Shown here piece by piece: positions 53,901 to 63,010 of a DNA stretch of 64,000 bases; positions within the stretch are counted from its first letter, which is position 1; every line of letters starts with the position of its first letter. The stretch lies in NCBI RefSeq assembly GCF_964355755.1, contig NC_092678.1:10848352-10912351 (forward strand), in the 5' to 3' direction. The DNA comes from Antedon mediterranea. Taxonomy: Eukaryota > Animalia > Echinodermata. Below the pieces are notes generated by a model. The model searched no databases. It worked only from the letters and a program-made list of their open reading frames with translations, and was not told the DNA's origin. A program made the position numbers and the translations under genes.

Positions 53901-56900
53901 TTTTCTAAGCACTTTGGTGTTTTTATGTTAACAAGTTTTTTCGAAAATCACAAAATGGTCTAAAACGTCTCAAAATGCGATTTGAAGGTATTCTGAGCAC
54001 TTTGGTGTTTTTGTGTGAAAAGTTTTAACGAAATGCTCAAAATGGTCTAAAACGGTTTCTAATGTGATTTTAACCACTTTGATGTTTTTGTGTAACCAAG
54101 TTCTTTTCGAAAATCACAAAATGGTCTAAAACGTCTCCAAATGCGATTTGAAGCTTTTCTAAGCACTTTGGTGTTTTTATGTTAACAAGTTTTTTCGAAA
54201 ATCACAAAATGGTCTAAAACGTCTCAAAATGCGATTTGAAGGTATTCTGAGCACTTTGGTGTTTTTGTGTGAAAAGTTTTAACGAAATGCTCAAAATGGT
54301 CTAAAACGGTTTCTAATGTGATTTTAACCACTTTGATGTTTTTGTGTAACCAAGTTTTTTCGAAAATCACAAAATGGTCTAAAACGTTTCCAAATGCGAT
54401 TTGAAGCTTTTCTAAGCACTTTGGTGTTTTTATGTTAACAAGTTTTTTCGAAAATCACAAAATGGTCTAAAACGTCTCCAAATGCGATTTGAAGATATTC
54501 TGAGCACTTTGGTGTTTTTATGTTAAAAAGTTTTTTCGAAAATCACAAAATGGTCTAAAACGTCTCCAAATGCGATTTGAAGATATTCTGAGCACTTTGG
54601 TGTTTTTATGTTAAAAAGTTTTTTCGAAAATCACAAAATGGTCTAAAACGTCTCCAAATGCGATTTGAAGCTATTCTGTACACTTTGATGTTTTGTGTGA
54701 AAAAGTTTTGTCGAAATGCTCAAAATGGTCTAAAACGTTTTTAAAACGATATTAAGCTATTTTGTGCTCTTTGATGTTTTTGTGTAACCAAGTTTTATCG
54801 AAATGAACAAAATGGTCTAAAACGTCTCCAAATGCGATTTGAAGCTTTTCCAAGCACTTTGCTGTTTTTATGTTAACAAGTTTTTTCGAAAATCACAAAA
54901 TGGTCTAAAACGTCTCAAAATGCGATTTGAAGGTATTCTGAGCACTTTGGTGTTTTTGTGTGAAAAGTTTTAACGAAATGCTCAAAATTGTCTAAAACGG
55001 TTTCTAATGTGATTTTAAGCACTTTGATGTTTTTGTAAAACCAAGTTTCATCGAAATGAACAAAATGGTCTAAAATGTCTCCAAATGCGATTTGAAGCTT
55101 TTCCAAGCACTTTGCTGTTTTTATGTTAACAAGCTTTTTCGAAAATCACAAAATGGTCTAAAACGTCTCCAAATGCGATTTGAAGATATTCTGAGCACTT
55201 TGGTGTTTTTATGTTAAAAAGTTTTTTCGAAAATCACAAAATGGTCTAAAACGTCTCCAAATGCGATTTGAAGATATTCTGAGCACTTTGGTGTTTTTAT
55301 GTTAAAAAGTTTTTTCGAAAATCACAAAATGGTCTAAAACGTCTCCAAATGCGATTTGAAGCTATTCTGTACACTTTGATGTTTTGTGTGAAAAAGTTTT
55401 GTCGAAATGCTCAAAATGGTTTAAAACGTTTTTAAAACGATATTAAGTTATTTTGTGCTCTTTGATGTTTTTGTGTAACCAAGTTTCATCGAAATGAACA
55501 AAATGGTCTAAAACGTCTCCAAATGCGATTTGAAGCTTTTCCAAGCACTTTGCTGTTTTTATGTTAACAAGTTTTTTCGAAAATCACAAAATGGTGTAAA
55601 ACGTCTCAAAATGCGATTTGAAGGTATTCTGAGCACTTTGGTGTTTTTGTGTGAAAAGTTTTAACGAAATGCTCAAAATGGTCTAAAACGGTTCTAATGT
55701 GATTTTAAGCTATTCTAGACACTTTGATGTTTTGTGTGAAAAACTTTTCTCGAAATGCTCAAAATGTTCTAAAACGTTTTCCAATACCATATTAAGCTAT
55801 TTTGTGCAATTTGATGTTTTTGTGTAACCAAGTTTTCTGAAATGCGATTTGAAGATATTCTGAGGACTTTGGTGTTTTTATGTTAAAAAGTTTTTTCGAA
55901 AATCACAAAATGGTCTAAAACGTCTCCAAATGCGATTTGAAGATATTCTGAGCACTTTGGTGTTTTTATGTTAAAAAGTTTTTTCGAAAATCACAAAATG
56001 GTCTAAAACGTCTCCAAATGCGAGTTGAAGCTATTCTGTACACTTTGATGTTTTGTGTGAAAAAGTTTTGTCGAAATGCTCAAAATGGTCTAAAACGTTT
56101 TTAAAACGATATTAAGCTATTTTGTGCTCTTTGATGTTTTTGTGTAACCAAGTTTTTTCGAAAATCACAAAATGGTCTAAAACGTCTCCAAATGCGATTT
56201 GAAGCTTTTCTAAGCACTTTGGTGTTTTTATGTTAACAAGTTTTTTCGCAAATCACAAAATGGTCTAAAACGTCTCCAAATGCGATTTGAAGATATTCTG
56301 AGCACATTGGTGTTTTTATGTTAAAAAGTTTTTTCGAAAATCACAAAATGGTCTAAAACGTTTCCAAATGCGATTTGAAGCTCTTCAGTACACTTTGATG
56401 TTTTGTGTGAAAAAGTTTTGTCGAAATGCTCAAAATGGTCTAAAACGTTTTTAAATACGATATTAAGCTGTTTTGTGCACTTTGATGGTTTGTGTGAAAA
56501 GTTTTAACGAAATGCTCAAAATGGTCAAAAACGGTTTCTAATGTGATTTTAAGCACTTTGATGTTTTTGTGTAACCAAGTTTTTTCGAAAATCACAAAAT
56601 GGTCTAAAACGTCTCCAAATGCGATTTGAAGCTTTTCTAAACACTTTGGTGTTTTTATGTTAACAAGTTTTTTCGAAAATCACAAAATGGTCTAAAACGT
56701 CTCCAAATGCGATTTGAAGCTTTTCTAAACACTTTGGTGTTTTTATGTTAACAAGTTTTTTCGAAAATCACAAAATGGTCTAAAACGTCTCCAAATGCGA
56801 TTTGAAGATATTCTGTACACTTTGATGTTTTGTGTGAAAAAGTTTTCTCGAAATGCTCAAAATGGTCTAAAACGTTTTCCAATACCATATTAAGCTATTT

Positions 56901-59111
56901 TGTGCAATTTGATGTTTTTATGTAACCAAGTTTTTTGAAATGCGATTTGAAGATATTCTGAGCACTTTGGTGTTTTTATGTTAAAAAGTTTTTTCGAAAA
57001 TCACAAAATGGTCTAAAACGTCTCCAAATGCGATTTGAAGATATTCTGAGCACTTTGGTGTTTTTATGTTAAAAAGTTTTTTCGAAAATCACAAAATGGT
57101 CTAAAACGTCTCCAAATGCGATTTGAAGATATTCTGAGCACTTTGGTGTTTTTATGTTAAAAAGTTTTTTCGAAAATCACAAAATGGTCTAAAACGTCTC
57201 CAAATGCGATTTGAAGCTATTCTATACACTTTGATGTTTTGTGTTAAAAAGTTTTGTCGAAATGCTCAAAATGGTTTAAAACGTTTTTAAAACGATATTA
57301 AGCTATTTTGTGCTCTTTGATGTTTTTGTGTAACCAAGTTTCATCGAAATGAACAAAATGGTCTAAAACGTCTCCAAATGCGATTTGAAGCTTTTCCAAG
57401 CACTTTGCTGTTTTTATGTTAACAAGTTTTTTCGAAAATCACATAATGGTCTAAAACGTCTCAAAATTCGATTTGAAGGTATTCTGAGCACTTTGGTGTT
57501 TTTGTGTGAAAAGTTTTAACGAAATGCTCAAAATGATCTAAAACGGTTCTAATGTGATTTTAAGCACTTTGATGTTTTTGTATAACCAAGTTTCATCGAA
57601 ATGCTCAAAATGGTCTAAAACGTTTTTAAAACGATATTAAGCTATTTTGTGCTCTTTGATGTTTTTGTGTAACCAAGTTTCATCGAAATGAACAAAATGG
57701 TCTAAAACGTCTCCAAATGCGATTTGAAGCTTTTCCAAGCACTTTGCTGTTTTTATGTTAACAAGTTTTTTCGAAAATCACAAAATGGTCTAAAACGTCT
57801 CCAAATGCGATTTGAAGGTATTCTGAGCACTTTGGTGTTTTTGTGTGAAAAGTTTTAACGAAATGCTCAAAATGGTCTAAAACGGTTTCTAATGTGATTT
57901 TAAGCACTTTGATGTTTTTGTATAACCAAGTTTCATCAAAATGCACAAAATGGTCTAAAACGTCTCCAAATGCGATTTGAAGCTTTTCGAGGCACTTTGG
58001 TGTTTCTATGTTAACAAGTTTTTTCGAAAATCACAAAATGGTCTAAAACGTCTCCAAATGCGATTTGAAGATATTCTGTACACTTTGATGTTTTGTGTGA
58101 AAAAGTTTTGTCGAAATGCTCAAAATGGTCTAAAACGTTTTTAAAACGATATTAAGCTATTTTGTGCTCTTTGATGTTTTTGTGTAACCAAGTTTTTTCG
58201 AAAATCACAAAATGGTCTAAAACGTCTCCAAATGCGATTTGAAGCTTTTCTAAGCACTTTGGTGTTTTTATGTTAACAAGTTTTTTCGCAAATCACAAAA
58301 TGGTGTAAAACGTCTCCAAATGCGATTTGAAGATATTCTGAGCACTTTGATGTTTTGTGTGAAAGAGTTTTGTCGAAATGCTCAAACTGGTCTAAAACGT
58401 TTTTAAAACGATTTTAAGCTATTTTGTGCTCTTTGATGTTTTTGTGTAACCAAGTTTTATCGAAATGAACAAAATGGTCTAAAACGTCTCCAAATGCGAT
58501 TTGAAGCTTTTCCAAGCACTTTGCTGTTTTTATGTTAACAAGTTTTTTCGAAAATCACAAAATGGTCTAAAACGTCTCAAAATGCGATTTGAAGGTATTC
58601 TGAGCACTTTGGTGTTTTTGTGTGAAAAGTTTTAACGAAATGCTCAAAATGGTCTAAAACGGTTCTAATGTGATTTTAAGCACTTTGATGTTTTTGTATA
58701 ACCAAGTTTCATCGAAATGCTCAAAATGGTCTAAAACGTTTTTAAAACGATATTAAGCTATTTTGTGCTCTTTGATGTTTTTGTGTAACCAAGTTTCATC
58801 GAAATGAACAACATGGTCTAAAACGTCTCCAAATGCGATTTGAAGCTTTTCCAAGCACTTTGCTGTTTTTATGTTAACAAGCTTTTTCGAAAATCACAAT
58901 GGTCTAAAACGTCTCAAAATGCGATTTGAATGTATTCTGAGCACCTTGGTGTTTTTGTGTGAAAAGTTTTAACGAAATGCTCAAAATGGTCTAAAACGGT
59001 TTCTAATGTGATTTTAACCACTTTGATGTTTTTGTGTAACCAAGTTTTTTCGAAAATCACAAAATGGTCTAAAACGTCTCCAAATGCGATTTGAAGCTTT
59101 TCTAAGCACTT

Positions 59112-59126
59112 CACAGCATTTACACT
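59112..59126 (+). repeat. Left terminal inverted repeat CACAGCATTTACACT, preceded by TSD ACTT (59108-59111)
   Basis: Matches the reverse complement of 60963-60977 (CACAGAATTTACGCT) at 13 of 15 positions and begins exactly where satellite similarity stops. Confidence 0.9.
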
Positions 59127-59703
59127 TGGATATTTTTTGTACCGCCGCCAGCGAGAATAGCATAGCGCGTACATGTGCGATCGTTAATTGACAGGTTGTA
59201 CTACCCAATCAGGAGCGCTTCTACCCGGCCAAGCACAGTGCACGTGAACGTTTTGTACACGCAATTATTTAGCAAAACCGTTACAGCGTGCGTCAACCTC
59301 CTAGCTAGGCCCACAGTACCACTCTCTGTGTATTCTTTTAGGCCTATCTATGAGACTTTGTTGTACACATTTTTTATCGAATTTGGACGTAATTAGAAAC
59401 AAATTAAACATATATTTACAATTAAAAACAATTTACCTTTATAATGTAGGCTTATATTTTGTAATTATAGTCTTTGTTTCACCTTATATTAACAACGGTA
59501 GGCCAAAGGGACCGACGTTCTTTTTAATTAATTTAAGATTTTACACTAGCCTAGGTAGGCCAGATCATAGAGGGAATTATTTCCTTACATCACAAATAAA
59601 AATAGCCAACCAAAAAGGAAAAGAAAGATAAGAGGTAGACAAGAGTGTAAAGATATTATTAATATGTTTCAATTGTTAGAATATTCAATTTAGGAAATGA
59701 TAA

Positions 59704-59803
59704 ACTGACTGGTATTTTTCTTTTTTTTTTTCAGGTCTTCCGAGTTTACTGGTTTATGATTCCATTCATATTTATTATTTAACATACTGTACTTGCAAAT
59801 AAA
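59704..59803 (+). other. Putative 3' splice site and short terminal exon with polyadenylation signal on the plus strand inside the transposon
   Basis: Branch-like CTGAC 59705-59709, long pyrimidine tract, CAG|G at 59732-59735, AATAAA at 59798-59803 (another at 59899-59904). Confidence 0.4.
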
Positions 59804-60121
59804 ATGAGTTGAATAATTAAACCACAAATCCTACAACTACAGTAGTACTAGTAGTTAATACAGTAATAAGAAAAATTAAACCAATACAAATATCAATTAA
59901 TAAATTATAATTTATTCATTTGTTACACATTTTCTAGCTTATAGTTCAGTACAACTTATTAAATGATTTATATTAAATATATTTGAATATATTTATTTGT
60001 ATCTATAATTTATTTATGCTTAGGCCTGTACTATATAATTATAAATAATATTTAATAAATATCAGAACCGTGGTTGTCGAACCATGTATATTGTAGATGT
60101 AGTCGATATCAGTGAAGCAAT

Positions 60122-60677
60122 CTGAAAAATGTAAAGAAAAAAAATGTTATTTACTGTATAATAAATGATTTAAAACAAAAAATATAAATAGGCTAGGCTA
60201 GGCCTAGTTTTCAGATTTTATTAATTAGGCAAGAAAATAGAAATTTTTACTCTAGGCCTAGTCTAGAAATGATATATAAAATATATATATAATAATATGT
60301 ACGAGTATAAGCCGGCTAGGAAATAGAAAAATTTGAATAGGCCTACTTAGGGTACCATATCTATTTGGTTTAGGCTATACTAGGCTAGGCCTAACTCTAG
60401 GGAGCATTCATATACCGCACGCCGTGAAAAGAACGTTACCCGTGCCCGGCCGTGTGCGCCTCTCTAACACAAAGCGTTGCACAACCATTTTATTGCGTTG
60501 AGCCTGTTTTGCTGAATAAGGGCCTGGACGGGCGCACGTAATTAAGCTATTTGCATACTGTAAATTATCACGTTTTATATATCAACATGACCCTAGATAA
60601 ATGATGCAGTTAGCTGACTATTCAAAAAAATATGTTTATATTTAAATAAAAAAGATATAACGATAAATTTAACTTAC
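60122..60677 (-). other. Putative GT-AG intron on the minus strand inside the transposon
   Basis: Minus-strand donor A|GTAAGT (plus ACTTAC 60672-60677). Acceptor CATTTTTTTTCTTTACATTTTTCAG ends at 60122. Minus-strand AATAAA follows at 60014-60009 and 59997-59992. Confidence 0.4.
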
Positions 60678-60736
60678 TATGCGAAAATCTCGCTTTCGGC
60701 GCTTCCCCTCACAACAAGCGAGGTTTCAATAGAAAT

Positions 60737-60946
60737 TATTTATAGTCAACTAGGTGTTCAAACTTATGAGGAATCCGAATTTTCTATCTAAAAACCGATC
60801 TGATTGGTCAATTTTCTGCAATCTAGGCGCTACGAAATGCTATTTTTCGTATTCAATTAGCCAATCCGCGACTCTATAACACAGGCGCTCGAGCTACAAT
60901 TTCTATGACGTCATATTTCCAGAAGTGGGCGGGGCTTAGTTCCAAT
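60737..60946 (-). promoter_or_regulatory. Putative Pol II promoter near the right end of the transposon, facing inward
   Basis: GC box GGGCGGGGC 60927-60935; CRE palindrome TATGACGTCATA 60904-60915; CCAAT boxes at 60861-60865, 60942-60946 and 60803-60807 (reverse); minus-strand TATAAATA 60744-60737. Motif evidence only. Confidence 0.5.
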
Positions 60947-60962
60947 GTTAAGGAAGAGCGGT

Positions 60963-60977
60963 AGCGTAAATTCTGTG
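60963..60977 (-). repeat. Right terminal inverted repeat AGCGTAAATTCTGTG, followed by TSD ACTT (60978-60981)
   Basis: The satellite resumes in register immediately afterwards with the duplicated ACTT. Confidence 0.9.
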
Positions 60978-61112
60978 ACTTTGGTGTTTTTATGTTAACA
61001 AGTTTTTTCGAAAATCACAAAATGGTCTAAAACGTCTCCAAATGCGATTTGAAGATATTCTGAGCACTTTGGTGTTTTTATGTTATTAAAAAGTTTTTTC
61101 GAAAATCACAAA
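60978..61112 (+). repeat. Terminal remnant of the 88-bp satellite (about 1.5 monomers) beyond the transposon; true end of the array
   Basis: ACTTTGGTGTTTTTATGTTAACAAG...GAAAATCACAAA continues the interrupted monomer in register, with one 3-bp insertion (GTTATTAAAAAG) near 61083. Confidence 0.97.
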
Positions 61113-61117
61113 TCTAC

Positions 61118-61201
61118 TGGTTTGTGGCGTAACGGGTAATACCCAGGTTTGAGTGCTCTCAGTAGCGGGTTCCAACCTCTAGGGATATTGCTTTTTTTTT
61201 T
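61118..61201 (+). pseudogene. tRNA-derived Pol III-type head (unit 1); degenerate, not a functional tRNA
   Basis: A box TGGCGTAACGGG 61125-61136; B box GGGTTCCAACC 61167-61177 (one mismatch to GTTCRA); T-run 61192-61201. Confidence 0.6.
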
Positions 61202-61376
61202 CTTATTGAAAATAAATATTTTTTTTGAAAATGAGTTATTTTTTAGGGTTGTAAATGTCAGGCCTAAACAAATGGATCTTTTTTAAAATCAGAAACAAAG
61301 TTGCATAACATCATTTTACATTGATGGATCATTCATTTCATAAAAATATACTATTATCAGCTCTTCACTCACCTAC

Positions 61377-61465
61377 TGGTTTGTGGCGTAACCGGTAATG
61401 CTCAGGTTTGAGTTCTCTCAGTAGTGGGTTCGAACCTCTAGGAATATTTTTTTTCTTTTTTTTTT
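61377..61465 (+). pseudogene. tRNA-derived Pol III-type head (unit 2)
   Basis: A box TGGCGTAACCGG 61384-61395; consensus B box GGGTTCGAACC 61426-61436; D-stem GCGT/ATGC; downstream T-run. Confidence 0.65.
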
Positions 61466-61493
61466 AAATTGAAAATAAATATTGTTTTTGAAA

Positions 61494-63010
61494 TCAAATA
61501 CATGTAAAAAGACTGCCATAAAGCCTCCAAAAGAAGCCAATGTTCTCCTTCATATTCAGTACTCATGGGTGAGCTTCTTTTACACCTGGAATTCTTTTCG
61601 AGAGCTGCTGGGTTCCCGCCCGGAAAATGTTTTATTTACATGATTTGAACAATATTCTAATGTAAATATTAACAGCATCAAAATTTAACAGTGTGGCGTG
61701 TTGACCGCGAATGATTAACATATTATCTTCCCCATATTACACGTGCACAAGCTCATTTGCATAACAACCACGACGGCATACCAAACTGTTTAAAATAAAA
61801 AAAATAGTGTTGCACAGAGTCCCGCCTGAAAATGGTACTTTACATGATTTGAAATTATATGAAACAAATATATAAGACTAACAAGGACAATAGAGCTTGT
61901 CCCCGGAAAGTGCACCTATTCATTGAAATATGAAATTAAATATTAGGTCTCCAGTAGGACTACTAGCCCACCATGTTTGGGGGGGGTGGGCAGAGCTAAT
62001 AATGAAAATAGAGCCCAGAACTGCACTTATACTTGTACTTATTACCATACATAATCACCTATGATATTTATGATATTTGTTAAAAATTCAACTATCCTGA
62101 TGCGAATTCCAAGGTTTAGGTAGAGTTTTCTGCTTTAAAAACTTGACTTCGTATATGCCTAAGGCCTAGCCCGGCGGCGGAATTAGTCTAAGTTTCGAAA
62201 TCAGTCTGGAAATCGGGATCTTTGTAAATGTTCTATATTTGATCTATTTCACTCTCCATTAACCCCATACAAAAATCATCGGAGACAAATTATCTGTTTA
62301 AAACATGTTTATTCTGGGACGGTGCGGCCATACACACCAACTACCATCCATAAATGTTTATTCATAACATATTACAATACAATATCTTTCATGAATCGGA
62401 CATTTCGCTACCAATGTAGCAACATTGATTAACAACATCAAAATTCAACAGTGTGGCGTGTTGACCGCGAATTACTAACAATACCATCTTTCCCACTACA
62501 CCTGCAAAAACTCATTTGTATAATAACAAACGGCATACCAAACTACGGTGAGACATACATTCTCTTCTAAACACGTAACGAAGATAAATTAATTTCTTTT
62601 TACATTAAATTGAGGGCGCTAAACATAAAATTTACGAGATCAAATACATGTAGCGAAAGCCAAAAAAATTTTTTTTAAATGTGCTCTCCCTGCCTCAGCA
62701 CTAAGGCCCTGCCACGGCCTTGGGGTCGTTTCCACCACATCATCACCAGATCCATTGCTAGTGCATTCTCAATATTTGTGGTGGAAAGGGGGGACGTAAA
62801 TTCTGTGAACCCCAAACACAGTTGGTCGCATACCTTTAACTCTATTCCACCGACCAGCGTGTGAATCAAACCCACGACATACGTGTTGTCAACACGACGC
62901 TAACTGGCCATTTTGGTTTTAAAAAGGTTAATATGATATTTATGACTTAATGATGAATTACGTAATACACTTATAAAGAGACTATTATAAACTGTTCTGT
63001 CGTGTACAAC
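61494..63010. other. 1.5-kb unique/mosaic segment interrupting the 260-bp array; probably fragments of other repeats, unclassified
   Basis: No similarity to either tandem array. No clear TIR or TSD at its junctions, and the flanking units do not rejoin in register. Contains internal duplications. Confidence 0.6.
61668..62544 (+). repeat. Diverged ~120-bp direct repeat, copies at 61668-61787 and 62428-62544
   Basis: Both copies read ATTAACARCATCAAAATTYAACAGTGTGGCGTGTTGACCGCGAAT...CTCATTTGYATAA...ACGGCATACCAAACT, at offset 760. Confidence 0.9.

Larger units (their letters stand above)
1..59111 (+). repeat. Satellite DNA array, 88-bp basic monomer with 87/78/~58-bp variants, roughly 680-690 monomers (estimate), head-to-tail in one orientation; continues past the left edge of the window
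   Basis: Monomer CTCCAAATGCGATTTGAAGATATTCTGAGCACTTTGGTGTTTTTATGTTAAAAAGTTTTTTCGAAAATCACAAAATGGTCTAAAACGT starts at 231 and recurs at 319 (88 bp). The anchor AAAATGGTCTAAAACG recurs throughout. I saw no inversion or foreign sequence before 59112. Confidence 0.99.
59112..60977. mobile_element. Non-autonomous cut-and-paste DNA transposon, 1866 bp, probably Chapaev-type (CMC group), inserted in the satellite
   Basis: Satellite AAGC-ACTT-TGGTG is split into AAGCACTT[CACAG...CTGTG]ACTTTGGTG. TIRs match at 13/15 and there is a 4-bp TSD. No transposase-length ORF. CAC/GTG termini with a 4-bp TSD are described for Chapaev, whereas Transib/ProtoRAG make 5-bp and CACTA 2-3-bp duplications. The family call is less certain than the element call. 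Confidence 0.9.
61113..61493 (+). repeat. ~260-bp tandem repeat with tRNA-derived head, first segment (1 full unit and 1 partial)
   Basis: CTACTGGTTTGTGGCGTAAC at 61114 and 61373 (period 259). Unit body GTCAGGCCTAAACAA...ATCAGAAACAAAGTTGC...CTATTATCAGCTCTTCA. Confidence 0.95.

Noticed and set aside
682-57946. Repeated ORFs in the satellite (mostly minus strand, MEKLQIAFGD... etc.)
   Set aside because: Chance read-through of 2-3 satellite monomers. The 88-bp monomer is not a multiple of three, most starts are non-ATG, and recurrence simply tracks block duplications.
1-59111. CRISPR-like appearance (constant anchor with variable intervening sequence)
   Set aside because: Intervening sequences are homologous variants of one monomer rather than unique spacers. 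No cas genes, and the context is eukaryotic.
59234-59279. Perfect RSS heptamer CACAGTG with nonamer-like AGCAAAACC
   Set aside because: The spacer is 30 bp rather than 12 or 23, the nonamer matches only 7/9, and the site is internal rather than terminal; compatible with chance.
58914-59631. ORFs at the satellite/transposon junction and in the left part of the element
   Set aside because: Short, chimeric or low-complexity, with no recognisable transposase or zinc-finger motif.
59112-60977. Classification as ProtoRAG/Transib
   Set aside because: The TSD is unambiguously 4 bp rather than 5 bp, and no RAG1/RAG2-like coding sequence is visible.
62675-62875. Overlapping 66-aa and 61-aa ORFs in a GC-richer patch
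   Set aside because: Short, antisense to each other, and no recognisable domain or exon context.
62882-62896. Near-palindrome CGTGTTG-T-CAACACG
   Set aside because: Isolated 7-bp arms with no Helitron CTRR end or other supporting context that I could identify.
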